Source: Octopus sinensis
Lineage: Eukaryota
Direction of reading: 5' to 3'
Length of the DNA: 64,000 nt
Assembly (NCBI RefSeq): GCF_006345805.1
Contig: NW_021833434.1
Span: 1 to 64,000 of the forward strand
Shown: positions 38,250 through 51,889 of the stretch, piece by piece
Layout of the letters: every line of letters begins with the position of its first letter
Position numbering within the stretch: position 1 is the stretch's first letter
The notes under the pieces: generated by a model
The model's input: the letters and a program-made list of their open reading frames with translations, nothing else
What the model was told of the DNA's origin: nothing
The model's database searches: none
Made by a program: the position numbers and the translations under genes

Positions 38250-41200
38250 GATATGAAACAAAGAGTGGAGGAATGAAAATAGACATGAGATATGTAGGGA
38301 TGTTGCATCTGTAGATCCATTATTTGGGCAGAATGGTATACATATAAGAGTCCAGTACCTTGTGAGTAAGTTCCAATAATATTTAAAGTTGGTCACTCCA
38401 AGTATAGAGTTTGTACACATTGTTATTAAATTGAGGGTTTTATTTAAAGTGACTTAAAAGTTGGTAATGTATTTGTAACATCAAATCAAAACCAGGAGGA
38501 TAGGAACAAAGAAAAGAAAAAAGAAAAAAAAGTGGGGAGAGAGATAATAAAGAGATGAAGAGGGGAAAATATACTGGTTAGTGGTCAGTATATAAAAGAT
38601 AAATTGATAGTAGGAATAGGGAGGTGGGGTGATAAAGGGAGAAAGATATGAGAGTGTAAAAAGATGATAGGGTAAAGTGTAAAGAGTGTCAGATAGAAGG
38701 AATGGGGGTTGATTGGTGATAGAGAGAGATAGGTATGGGAGTGTAAAGAGTAAAGGATTGTCAGGAAGGTAGTGATAGAGCCTAAGTGAGGGGCTGAGAG
38801 AGGGGGGTAAGAGTAGTAAATTGGTGGAATGAAGAATTTGAGAATATAGGTTAGGTTGGTTAGAGGACTGGTCTATGCTTAGTAGTAGAAGAATATATAT
38901 ATATAAACAGGTATACACATGCATATATTAATATAGATATTTATACATATCAACACCTACACATACAACACGTACTCATATGTATATGTAGACCCATACA
39001 TACATGTAATTGTAAGTATTATCGCCCCTATACACGCAGGTATATATACCTTGCATACATACATACACATACACACATTTATAAGGTTATTGGGATTACC
39101 TAAGGGGTATTGTGGAAATATGCTGTATGGTCATTTAGGCATTTGGATTTGTGGAAGAATTTGAATGTGTGAAAAAAGTGGTGGTTGCATGTGCTTAGTG
39201 CCTCATTATGTTTATTTAGCAGTGTTGGATAGTTGTGCTTTAATATGTGAAGTGCCTCCTTCAGGCAAAGCTAGCTGGTTGAGCGTTGACCTCTGTAGGG
39301 ATGCCCTGAATCCAGTAGGGTATATTTGTATTTTTGAGATGATGTATATGGTTGGCGAGTGCTGTAGATTTACTATGTTTATCATATCTAAAAGAATGGA
39401 GGTGAGCGGCATATCGCTGCTTAAAATTTTGGGTTGATCCTATGTATATGGCTGTAGAGTTGTGTAATATATTAAGGACAGTGCATTTATAAATTACATT
39501 ATATCTTCTGCAATGGGTTTGTAACAGGCAGATGATTCCAGGATGGCAGGTACAATTAAGTGAATTTTGGGGAATGTGTTCAGGAATGGAGGAGGTAATA
39601 TTATCAGAGGAGAGGTTAGAGAAGGGGGTCGAAGATTCTAGATTATTAGTATTATTAACATTATCATTAATGTCATTGTTATTATTACTATTGTTGTTAT
39701 TAATTGTACTATTTGTAAGAGTGGTAGAAATTGTGGTGGTGTTCTGGGCAGTGTCAGTAGGATGGGTTGGGTTGTGGTTGTGGTCTAATGTAAGGGCATC
39801 TGTGCTGGAGCTGTGTATATGTTGAGTGTTCTTATGACTAGAGTTGTAATTATGTGAGTTTTGATAGTAAAGTGCTTATTAGAGGCTGCTACAATAGATT
39901 CAAAATTGGGTGGGGCAGAATAAGATAGTTTCAGAGTGGATCTAATAAAGATAGAATGATATTTATGTTTCTGAAGGAAGTTAGAGTCTAGTATTTTAAA
40001 GAAGGATTCAGCTAAGTTCTTAAAGTTAAGTGAGAATGGGGGTATGTACCACAGAATGGCGCATCTGCCACTTATTTTAGAGTGTCTGGATGTAGTGCTA
40101 TCAAAGTTTTTAGATAAAGAAGTGCTATCTATACTTTTGTAGAATGTATGTGGGCAGTGAAGCCTTTTGTTATTAGCTGTTTTAGTTGTTTTAGTTTTTG
40201 ACCTAGTGTTAAATGTATGTATGTGGGATCTAGGTTGCCTTGGTGTAAGACCTTCCTGGGTTCCATCAATGAGTGTGTGTGGTTGGTCGTTATGATGGTT
40301 GGTGGGTGTTTGAGATGTGATTTGAAATATATATTGTTTGAGCTTGGTGTTATGGATGTATTCTATTTGTTGGAAAATGCCACTAGCAGCAAGTGCTTGT
40401 GTGTAATATGGTGCGTGATTATTGAAAATTTCCTCAGTGGAAGAGAGGTTAGATATGCAGATTGGAGAGGATGTTAAAGTACAATTCGCTTTCTGCTTAC
40501 ATCTTACCCAGAACGTGATATATAACTGTACAATAAAAACTACAACTAATGATTTTATATATATCAGTTGTTTGATTAATATGAAACGGCGTCTATACAA
40601 CTACCTGTCATCCTTTAAACTTAAGTATAAAGCAATTTGTACGTTATTATCCAGTAAAATTTGGAAATTGAAGGAAATAGCAGATATGGGTGTGAGCTGT
40701 TCTCTATGGAAACATGAAATTTTTAAGCAAAAAGATAAGGGCAACCTGATTAATAATTGATTAGACCTTAGGGTATCATATGTACATAGTGTCACCTGTA
40801 CCTTTAAATATTTTAGAAAGTAGCACTTTATTGATCTTGAAATTTAAAACCTATTAGAAACTTCTTTGCTCAAAATTAGTATATAGTGAGCATGTCCTAC
40901 AACATTATTACTTTAGCTAATACAGGGTAACAGTCTTTAGAGATAAAAGCTGAATAAGTAAATAAACTATTTTTAGTTTTAAATACTTGAATTGTATACA
41001 TTTTCTATAAATCTTCTCTATTGATGTTACTAAGTTGTGTATATACTTCATCATTATTTTTAGTGATTAAGCTATTTTATGTACTTTTCTATGGTGTTCT
41101 ACCCTACCTAATGATTTTAAAGTGTTCTGCCCTCCTGATCTTAATATTTATATAGGCCTTTATATAAGTAGCCTTTCAAATTAAGTACCCCTAAGAAACT

Positions 41201-41450
41201 ATAAATATTATGTATGGAGTAAGAATAATATCTTCTAAAGCTTATAATATATTTCTTAGTTTTAAAATTTAGTATGGAATTAGTATGCCCTATAACATCA
41301 ATATTCCTTTAGATAATACCAGGTATCAGTCTTTATTGATCCTAGCTTAATAAATAAAGATTTAATTTTAGTTTAGTATACTTAAATTATTATACATTTT
41401 CTTTAAACCTTCTCTAATGATGTCAATAAGGTATATTTACTTTGTCATGT
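38250..41450 (-). mobile_element. Penelope-like element (second lineage): degenerate RT, open thumb/linker and GIY-YIG
   Basis: ORF 39785-40600 has SNLSSTEEIFNNHAPYYTQALAASG and ILWYIPPFS...TLKLSYS. GIY-YIG IYKCTV...IYIGSTQNFKQRY..H at about 39380-39500. Degenerate KDCYP.I (DFYPSI-like) at about 40920. Confidence 0.8.
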
Positions 41451-41467
41451 TGTTAGTGATTAAGATA

Positions 41468-42372
41468 TCGGCAAGGTTGCATCCTGTCACCAGCAGCCTT
41501 CAACATGTACACTGAAAAGGTCATGAGGAATGCAGGCCTGGAGGATAGCAGCATTGGAGTTAGGATTGGAGGAAGAAATATTAATAACCTTCGCTATGCA
41601 GATGATATAACCCTGCTGGCGGAGAGTGGTAAGGATCTGGAGGATCTTGTCCTGCTGGTCAAGAAAGAGAGTGAGAAATTTAGGCTGTACCTCAATGTTA
41701 AGAAAACAAAGATCATGTCAACATCAGCCATGACAAACATCAGCATCAAGATCGATAATGAAGAGATTGAAGTGGTTGATGATTCCATCTTCCTTGGCTC
41801 CAAAATAAATCAAGATGGTAACTGCACTCCAGAAATAAGATAGTACTAGGATAGTACTAGGCAGAGAGGCAATGGTCAGCATGAGCAGGGTCTGGAAGAG
41901 TAGAGACATCAGACTCGCTACCAAATGCAGATTGGTGAATGCAATTGTCTTCCCAATAGCAACATATGGATGCGAGACATGGACACTAAAGAAAGCTGAC
42001 CAGAAGAGAATTAATGCATTTAAGCTTTGGTGTTGGAGAAGACTTTTACGGATTCCATTGACAGCGAGGCTCACCAATGGAGAAGTTCTTAAGCAGATAA
42101 GGTCGGAAATGTTGCTAGAAGCTAGGATCACCAAGCATAGATTGGCATATTTCGGTCATATTATGCGGAGAAAATCCCTGGAGAAGGACATCATGCTCGG
42201 AATGGTCAGTGGCAAGAGAGGAAGAATCCAACCGAGAACCTGCTTGCTTGACACCATCAAGAGTGATACCGGAATGGACATAGCCAGTCTGAAAGAAGCG
42301 GCCCAGGATAGAACTGACTGGAGGACACTGATCCAACGAGTGACCGAGAGTCGACTTCAACTGAGTGGTTAG
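41468..42372 (+). mobile_element. BovB-like RTE LINE, 5'-truncated and comparatively intact
   Basis: QGCILSP...IGGRNINNLRYADDITLLAES...LNVKKTKIM and TYGCETWTLKK...WCWRRLLRIP...YFGHIMRR..LEKDIMLG. Only one break, at an 11-bp duplication (gatagtactag x2, about 41840). Confidence 0.85.
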
Positions 42373-43999
42373 GAGAAAATGGTGTTCTGCCCTACCTGAT
42401 TATTTTATTATCTATTATTTTAAAATAGCCTTTATTTATTTATAAAATGAATCTAATTTTGTACCTCTATAAATTCATACTGAGCATATACAAAACAATA
42501 CTGGTATATTCACTACTTAAAATAAACTGCTTAGATTATAATTTAATTAATATATAGTTAGTATGCTCTCTTACCTCAGTACACCTTTATTAAATACCAG
42601 TATATACTAATTGATCATTCTTCATAGATACAATCTGATAAGTTCGTATTTAAGTATATAATAAGTATAAATATTAAGCTATTATGAGATAACTTCTTTT
42701 CCTCCCTCTAATGTGGTAAAAGTTTGGTATATACTCAAAAGTATTCAAAAAAATCTTTTCATCCTTTTGTTTTAATATTCTTCTGAATAACCCTAAATTT
42801 TAACTTATAAAATATGGAAATATTGTTTAAAATGTTTCAAATTTTTAACTATAGTACCACATAAGATTTCCCATTTTTCATTATAAATGGTCTAATAGTG
42901 GCCTGCCCCTTTAAATGGAAGCTAAAATCTTGATTTCAGTTTTCCTTTACCAAATCTCATGATACTGCTTCAAAATAAATCTTGATAGTTTTTTATGACT
43001 ATACCCATTATGATTTCTGTTGATTCCCTCAGCCCACTTCCTGACAGGCATTACTCCTTGCTCTTTTGGCCTTAGATATACAAAGATTTGATAAACTAGT
43101 CTATAAATTAAAACTGACCCCATAAAACAGTGACAAGCAAAATCTGTAACAAGTCTTTCTTCCTTAGTAACTTCTAAGCTGAAGTGAAGATAGCATGTTC
43201 TCTGTAAATCTCCTTACCTTCTTGGAGATTTTATGTAAAATTATACTAATGTGTCCATCTGATTTAATTTAAATAAATTCTATGTCTTTATGCAGTTGAA
43301 GATTGCTCTGCATTTAAATTGATTTAATGATTGCATTGTTCAATTAAATGGAATTACGTGTGAAACGATTGTACTGCATTACTTCTGTATACCCTTGTTG
43401 CATTTTTTGATTACATATATATATATATATATGATACAATGATATCAAACCAATGTAAGACTTGCTATCTTGAAGATAGCTTGTTCACACTAGTATATAT
43501 TAAAAGAAAGACGCTGTAAAGTACGATATGTCGCCAAAGATCAGGCTCATTTGTGGGTTCGCACTTCACACTAATATCCAATGTATTATGATACAGGGCA
43601 TCAAACTTGGGGTAGGCTACTGTGCAGAATACAAGCCAAATAACAACAACACTGATGATAGTAATAATTAAAAAACCAGTATGGTATCCATCACTTTATT
43701 GGACATACATGTGTTTCCGAAAAATGCCAAAGTATTTATATCACATTTGTAGAAACATAATGCAGCCACAGATGTCAAAACTCCTATACACTATTACTAT
43801 TATTGGGAAAAGTGTATATACTTGGAGCTTTAAATCTGTTGTATTTATTGAGAGATACTAATGAGGTCAAATGTAAAGTTGCATAATGTTTCTACAACTG
43901 TTAAATAGTTAATTCAGAATTTTGTTGAAATACTTATATATCCTATAAAGCATTGAATACCATACTGTTTTTTTGATTATTATTATTATTTCCATATAA

Positions 44000-44170
44000 G
44001 ACAGTGAGCTGGCTCAATCATTACTGCACTGGGCAAAGTGCTTAGCAGCATTTCTTGTTTTTACATCCTGAGTTCAAATTCCACCTGAAGGTGATTTTGC
44101 CTTTCATCATTTTGGGTCGATAAAGTAAGTACAGTCAAGTACTGGAGTCATTGTAATCAACAAAACCCCT
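44000..44170 (+). mobile_element. tRNA-derived SINE, degenerate (same family as 14042)
   Basis: GAGTTCAAATTCC...TTTGCCTTTCATC...GTCGATAAAGTAAGTAC. Confidence 0.75.
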
Positions 44171-44189
44171 GTGAAACAGTTGGTGATTC

Positions 44190-44850
44190 GCTGTGCTTGA
44201 GAAGATTCATCCAGCTAAGTAAAATCAGGACAATTAAGGCATGTCATTTATGCCTATGTTCCAGGCAAACTTCTCCCACACAATCCAAACACCTCCCCCT
44301 CCTTCCATCCATATTCACCACTCACTGTATTCCCCTCCCTTCTATCTCCCACTCTCCCTTTGCACCTTTGTAAACCTACCTGCACAAAATGTGTCCCCGT
44401 CAAATCTCTTCCCAACAACATATCCTCCTCACACTCTTCCTCTGTCTGCTTGTGTCCACTTGCTACAGCCCTTCCCCTCAACCTTTCACTCTTCTTTTGC
44501 ATTCTCATAAACTTACCTATCCACTCACCCTATCCAATTACTTACACCTCCCTGTAACTTGAATGCACTCCTCCCCCCATCACGTAATCATCTCTCTCAC
44601 CCTTTCTTTTTCCAGCTGAGGTAGCCATGCATCTCCTCTACTGCAAAGCAGTTATTTCTGTCCCTCTATTCCTCTTATCACTTAGCACAAAGCCACTTCT
44701 TTTGATACTCTTCCTCCTCTCAGTTGAGGAGTCTTGCCTTGCAAGTTACTTACTTAGTGATGTTACTGCTGCCAGTGCCATGTAAAAACTTCATGTCCAC
44801 AGTTGCATGTGAGCATGGAACATTTGTTATTAAAAGGATGATGATACATT
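44190..44850 (+). mobile_element. RTE 3' UTR fragment, pyrimidine-rich
   Basis: Starts at GCTGTGCTTGAGAAGA (RTE ORF end); C/T-rich body; GATGATGAT tail. Confidence 0.6.
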
Positions 44851-44879
44851 AAAGCACACATACATATACACAATAATAA

Positions 44880-45904
44880 TAATAAAAATGGACAATTAGG
44901 CTTCTTGTATCAAAGCAATGGATCATACACAATATTTTGAGTGGTACAGGTGCTGCAAAAGTGGAAGAACATTCCTGAAAGACACTGAGCAATCTGGAAG
45001 ACCTGGAACAAGCATCACCCCCAGGAAAGTGGAGAAAATTCATCAGCTTGTGCATGAGGACTGTCGGAGGAATGAATGACATTGCTGATGTTGTTGGTCT
45101 GTTGTATGGGTCCATGCAGGCAATTCTAATACCTGAATTGAACATGTGGTGTGTTTCTGCCAAGTTTGTCTCTCACCTACTGAGCAGAAAGAGTATCATG
45201 TTGAAGTTTGTCAAGATCTTCGTAGTATGCCACTGATGACTCATCTTTTATGTCAAGGATCATCACCAGTTACAAGAGTTGAGCCTACAGGTTTGACCCT
45301 GAGACAAAGCAGCAGTCATCACAGTGGAAGAGCCCTTCATCTCCATGACTGAAGAAGGCACGACAGAGTCACAGCTCAATCAACAACATGCTCATCATTT
45401 TCTTCGTCATCTGTGATATTGTGCATTGAGGGTTCATCCTCCAGAGCCAGACTGTCAATTGTAACTTCTGTGATATTTTGAAACATTTGAGGAAGGGACA
45501 TTTGGTGAAAGCAACCAGATTTATGGAGTGTGAAGAATTGGATTCTTCATAACAGTGTACCCTGTTACCAAGCTCCCCTCACTCATGAGTTTCTCCCCCA
45601 AAACAATATGGTATGACTTCCACACCCACCATGTTCGCCAAATTTAGTGCCTGCAGAATTCCATCTATTTCCCAAGATGAAAATGCAGCTCAATGTTCAT
45701 GGTTCTAATACTTTTAATCACAGAAGATCCTCAACTCACTTATGGAAAACAACTTTCTGGTTGGATTCCAAAAGAGGCAGGAATGCTGAGACAAGAGTAT
45801 TGTCACACAAGGTGACTATTTCGAAGGAGATGATGTTAAGACTTAGTAAGTAAATAATTTTGTATTAAATATAACTAGTCCGGGAACTTTTTGATACTAC
45901 CTCG
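44880..45904 (+). mobile_element. mariner transposon, 5'-truncated and degraded
   Basis: GRP.TS, SAKFV.HLL, DPETKQQSSQWKSPSSP and HPP.SP.L.P..F.LFPKMK motifs. Right TIR AGTCCGGGAACTTTTTGATACTACCTCG followed by TA (45905-45906). Confidence 0.85.
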
Positions 45905-45906
45905 TA

Positions 45907-46780
45907 TCTTTAATTGCCTTATGTATCATGCTACTGTCAACTAGGATAGATGGTCCCTGTGTTGGGTTCACATGACGGAGACTCTCTTTCTTCCATTCAT
46001 TCTCCACATTTAATAGTCTTTCATAATAACTTTTCTATGCCACTTTCTTTTCAGGATCACTAAGAGCAAGCGTACCATTATCTGTTGGTACATCCTTCTC
46101 CCCCACAACATCTTGTTTCTCTCTAACACACGGTCTAGCAATCTGAAATACCTCAAATCTCTGATCTTCACACTGTAAAACATTGGCAAAACTCTCCCTT
46201 TCTGTTTCTGCCCAAGCCAAATATACCTGACGCCTTGCTTCTTTTTTAGCTATCTGGTATGTTTCTTTAGTACCCACACTCTTCCATTATTTCCAAGACT
46301 GCCTCTTCTCTTTTATAACTCCATCAATCTCACTGTTTCACCACTTTGTCAACCTTGGTCTGAGAGAAAGAAACTGCTCCAATCATAGGTTTGATCTGTC
46401 ACATTTTGTTGATTGTCCCATAAGAACTCCCAATTGTCCTCTATGTTGCATGACTCCATCTCTACCTACTCATGAAAGGTTTCATTAAGAACATCTCTAA
46501 AGTCTTTGCCCATTTGAAGGATACTTGAGCTTCCATAACCTCCTTTTCTATTTTGGTTTGTGAGCAGTCTAGTTGATCACTTTCATCATAACCTCTTGCA
46601 TCCACATGCCTCCACTCAAGCATTTCAACAATCTCACCAGACGTACCTTTCCTTGTTCTGACATTGATTGTGGCAGCTCTGAGCTTGTGAATCTAGGAAG
46701 CCTGGGAGGGAAGTTGTTTCTTTGCAAAATCAGGATCTTAGCATTTGCTTGCTTGAATATAATGGGTCCTGCAGCCTAGA
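45907..46780 (-). mobile_element. RTE LINE fragment with large deletions
   Basis: ORF 46035-46277 (YQIAKKEARRQVYLA...RFEVFQIAR) and the APE start near 46600-46660. Confidence 0.8.
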
Positions 46781-47779
46781 GTTAGCAGGTACAGGTACAG
46801 GTTGCAACATAGATAACAATTAAAATTTCCATCGGTTCTGATTATCTTTTGTGGATATGCAACTATGGTGGAGGTTTCAGGTAAATTGGAAGTCTTTGAC
46901 ATTATTATTATTATTAAGGCAACAATTAGTCTTTGGCGCTACAGAAGTAGCTGTGCACATCATGATAATATACATTTCTAAATTATAACTATCATCACAT
47001 TGTACACACATATATATGAGACATACACTTGTATGCATAAGTGCATACATGAAGCATGCATTACTAGTAGTGACATGCACGTGGGTCCACAATGTTATAT
47101 TTATGCATTACGTGTATCCATAATTATGCACATCATGAAAACAGTTCACAGGTCAATAGAATAATTTTGACATAGTGACAAGTGCTACATATACATACAT
47201 ATTTATATGCATGTATGTATATAGATACAATAGATACATATGTATGTGTTGTGTGTAAATTTTTAATAGAAAATTGTAAGTTGGAGTTGATTGTTGCCTG
47301 GAAACGATGTGAATTATGAAAAATATTTTAACTTCAGACTAATTTACTGCTGAGCTGCTGAAGCAGAAATATTGTTGTAACATATAATCTGCTTGATACC
47401 ACATATTTGCTTGTCATTTGCTTGATCTTTATCACTTGAGCATGCCTGTTATTGGTTGACAATCTGTGCATCTCTAATTGTGAGCTGAGTAGTAGTGGTG
47501 GAGCATTATAGCCATGTGTTGAGAGGGATTCTTTGGGGTTTGAATAAATGTAACAAAAGCAAAGTTTGAAAGGAATATAAGCCATTTTTTATACTTTCTA
47601 GGGGTAAATATATAGGAAATAACAGTTGCTACCAAGGACAAAAATCTTGTTTATAGATGTTATCAAATGTAACATGAAAACTGATAATACATGAAAACGA
47701 AATTCAAATGAGATAATGATGAATAATGTATTAGGTATTAATGTATATACATATCTATATTAACAAATGTATTTTTTCA

Positions 47780-48770
47780 CTACATAAACAAACAAACTTT
47801 GCTTTTTATATTTTTGTTCACAATGGTCAGTGTAAAAACAAACAAACTTTGGGTTTTTTTCAGTGAAATAGTATGTAGATTGCTTGAAATAGGAGCCAAT
47901 ACACCACCAAGTCACCCCCATCTATTTTCAGAAAATATGTGTACAGTTATGTGCGGAATCATCATCATCATTTAATTGGCCGTGCTGGCATGGGTTGGAT
48001 GGTTTGACTGGACTGGTATGCTGGAAGGCTGCACCAGACTCCAGTCTGATTTGGCATCGTTTTCTACAGCTGGATGCCCTTCATAACGCCAACCAGTCTG
48101 AGTGTGTAATGGGTGCTTTTACATGCCACTGGCATGACACTGAGGTGTGTTTATGAGCCACTGGCACAGGTGCCAATTAGTGTGACACTGGTATCTGCTG
48201 CATCTGTGATTTTGCTTGGCTTGATGGGTCTTCTTCTCAAGCACGACATAATGCCAAAGGTCTTGGTCATTGCCTCCGTGAGGCCCAACACTTGAAAGGA
48301 ACTCAGCCACTTTGATACACAAAACCAGAAATACTATCAATTTTATTTAGTATTTTCAGCAGTCATAATAGTGAAATAGACTGTATGTGAATTGCTAGAA
48401 ATAGTAGCCAGTACACCTCCTACTTGCCCCCTTTTCATTCTGTTTTCAGAAAATAAGTGCACAGTTATCTGCAGAATGGTTAGATTAATTCAAATGATGT
48501 AAAAATCCTAAAATGTTGCCAATTTTATTTAGTGTTTTCAGTGGTCAACCTAGAAACAAACAAACTTTGCTTTTTATAAGGACATGTAGACATCACAGTG
48601 AAATAATACGTGGATTGCCAATACACCACCAAGTTGACTCTCACCAATCCATTTTTAGAAAATAAGTGAACTGTTATGTGCAGAATGGTCAATAACAAGC
48701 AAAGCCTGAAATATTATCAATTTTATTGAGTATTTTCAGTGGTCAGTGTACAAACAAATAGGTTGCTGGA
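47780..48770. repeat. Degenerate tandem repeat of about 210 bp (about 3 units) interrupted by an RTE tail
   Basis: Anchor GCCAATACACCACCAAGT at 47895, 48407 (variant) and 48617. TTTTCAGAAAATAAGTG.ACAGTTAT.TGC.GAAT recurs at about 47925, 48445 and 48655. Confidence 0.75.
47958..48325 (-). mobile_element. Short 5'-truncated RTE 3' end
   Basis: (CAT)n tail plus the conserved terminal block and VLEKK ORF end. Confidence 0.85.
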
Positions 48771-48789
48771 CCGATAACCAATGTGAGAT

Positions 48790-49960
48790 CTCACATCTCT
48801 ATGATGGCATGGTAGGATGTTTGCAAACTAAATGCACTTTCTGAATCATTCTCCATCTCCAGAGGTCTGAAAGAAGGCTGCATCTTGGCTCTTACCTTGT
48901 TCTCCTTCAACCTGATAGTGATGTTCAATGAAATCTCACATAACTCTCTCAGTGTCAATATCCGCTATCACCTGCATAGCAGACTCTATAACCTGGCACG
49001 CCTAAGATCCAAAACTTGAACATCAAATAGCAGCATCAAGAAGTTCCAGTACACAAATGACAGTGCTACTCCTATTGCCTCTGTTGTTGACCTCCAGCAC
49101 TGTTTGACTCTTGTCTTAGAAGCCTACCATTGCTTTGGGATGGAAGTGAATGAGGACAAAATGAAAAGACTTGTGTAGTCTGTTCCTGGACAAGAAATAC
49201 TAGAAGCTACTGTCAACAAAGGGGGCACCACTGGAAGTCATCAGTTATTTCCAGTACCTCAGCAGCACTCTCTCACAATCTGGACCATACAAAAGGGACA
49301 TCGACCACAGAATCAAATCCACTCATTTAGCTTTTAGAAGACACAGCAAGCAAGTATTCAACAACCACAGGCTCCCTCTCTGAACAAAATTCATGGTGTT
49401 CCATGTCCTTGTCATCTTCACCTTGCTCTACACATGTGAGACATGGACTCTGTATTGAAAAGACTTGAAAAAGTTTGAGCATTTCCAACCAGCTAAGCTT
49501 TAACAGATCCTCAATATCAAATGGCAGGACTGACACGTCATCTACAAAGTCCTCGATCATTCAGAAATGCCAAGCATTGAAGTTGCCATCCTCAAGTTGC
49601 ATTGCCTCAAGTGGTCAAGACATATATCATCTGAACAGTCCCATCCTCTACAGTGAGTTCGTCAATGGCATTGAAGACCCCCAAACTGCAGATTCAAAGA
49701 ACAACTGAAGTCTTCAATCCTTCAAGCTGCAATCACCCTTAATACCTGGAAACTGAAATTGTCAACTGTCCACCTTGGCGAAGAGCAATTCATTTCAGTT
49801 GTTCTACTTTTGAGGAGAAAGACTGAAGAAGAAGCAAAAGAAAGCAATGCAAGGCCTGACAACTGCAGCCAAGTCCACACCCACCCTGCCATGCAGTCAA
49901 TGCGTGAGGTTGTTCCATTCCTGACTTGGCCTTCTCAGCCATGTCAAGTTTAAGTATTGT
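48790..49960 (+). mobile_element. RTE LINE of a third lineage (RTE-1/AviRTE-like), degraded 3' half
   Basis: DGMVG, G.K.GCILA.TLFS, VNIRY...RLYNLARLRSKT, degenerate QY(A)DD and LRWSGH-like motifs, distinct from the dominant RTE. The lineage label is from recall. Confidence 0.7.
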
Positions 49961-50164
49961 GGAGGCATCAAATGAACCAAATCTGGACAGAGTGGTGCCA
50001 ACAACTATGTATACATTTTACCTTGTTTTGTATTTTTACTGTGTATGTTTTCTACACATTTTTATCATGCAATTCTATTTAAATCACCACATTTTATCTT
50101 CATCTTTGTGTATTGTCTCCCTCATCCATCACCCAGCTTGCAAATGAAAGAAATTGTAGCTGTT

Positions 50165-51745
50165 GTTGTTAATGTAGTAAACTAGCAGAATCTTTGAAGC
50201 ATTAGAAAAATGCTTTGTGGTGTTTGTTCCAACACTTTATGTACTGAGTTCTATTCTTGCAATGGTCAGGTGTACCTTTCACTCTTTTGGTGTTGATAAA
50301 ACAAAATAAAATTGTATAATATTGGTGATATTGACTAATTCCTGGAAAATTGTCTAACTGTCACCTTTATTATTATTATTATTATTATTATATTATTATT
50401 ATTATTATTGTGGCAGTAAGCTAGCAGAATTGTAAGCACACCAGGCAAAATTCCTAGCAACATTTCATCCATTTGTATGTTTTGAGTTCAAATTTTGCTG
50501 AGGTCAACTTTACCTTTCAACTTTTCGAGGTTGATAAAATAAGTACCAGTTGAACCCTGGGATAGATGTAATCACCATGCCCCTCCCTCAAAATTGCTGA
50601 CTTTGAGCCAGAATTTGAAATCATTATTATTATTGTTAAGGCAGTGAACTGACAAGACCATTAGCATGCTAAACAAAATGTTTGCAACATTTCATTTGTC
50701 TTTATATTCTGAATTCAAATGGCACGAGGTTGTCTTTCATCTTTGCAGATGACTAGGGTCTCATTGTAATTGGCTAACCCCACCTCCCTCAAAATTTCAC
50801 CTTGTGCCTATAATAGGGTTATTGTTATTCAAGATGGCAAGCTGGCTGAATCATTGGCACACCAGGCAAAATGTTTAGCAGTATTTCACCCATTCCTATG
50901 TTCTGAGTTCAATTCCTCAGAGGTTGACTTTGCCTTTCATCCTTTTGGAGTTGATAAATTAAGTACAAGTGAAATACTGGGGTTGATGTAATTATTTAGT
51001 CCCCTCCCACCAAATTACAGGCCTTGTGCCTTTAGTTTTAGATTATTATCATTATTGTTATTATTATTATTATGGTATCAATCTGACAGACAAGATGTGT
51101 CAAACAAGATGTGTTGCAATATTTGCATTCATTTCCTAGTGAGATTAAATTCACCCTTAGTCCTTCCAATGTTGATAAAAATAAAGAAATTAAGTCAGGT
51201 GGTTGATGTTATCAGCTAACACACTTCACCTCGAAATTGCTGGCCTTTTGCAAAAACCAAAAGTAATTATTGGTTCCATATTTTGGCACAAGGCCTGCAA
51301 TTTTAGGAGTTGGAGTAAGTTGATTACGTTGACTCCAGTGTCCTACTTGGTACTTATTTTATTGACCCTGGAAGGATGAAATGCAAAGTTGATCTCAGCA
51401 AAATTTGACCTCAGAATATAAAGTTGGTTGAAATGCCACTAAGCATTTTTCCTGATATGCTAATGGTTCTGCCCGCTCACTGCCCTAAAATCCAAAGTAA
51501 TTAATGTGGTAAATAAGCAGCATCAGCAGAGGATGGGACAAAATACAATGCATTATTTAGTTAGGCCTGTTTACATTCTGAGTTCAAATTCTATTGAAAT
51601 TGATTTTTGACTTCCATTTCTTCAAGGCCAGTAAAAGAGAGAACCCATCTTGGGTCATTGATATTGACATAGCCCCTCCTCTCAAAATTGTACCTGATTT
51701 ATTACAAATGTGACCAATGTTCAAATCTTTATTATTAGAAACATA
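50165..51745. mobile_element. Array of about 7 degenerate tRNA-SINE copies separated by (ATT)n tails (six +, one -)
   Basis: The SINE core recurs at about 50170, 50410, 50637, 50831, 51071 and 51510 (+) and at 51270-51500 (-). Confidence 0.8.
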
Positions 51746-51889
51746 TTTAAAAAATTTTGAAAAATTGCTAATTTTCTTCAAAATATACTTCTGGTTTGTT
51801 TTTTTCTTTACTTTTTTGTTCTTTTATTAAGTGCACTAATTTGATTTTGTTTGTTTTTCTTTTAACTCTTTATGTTCTGAAATTCATAG

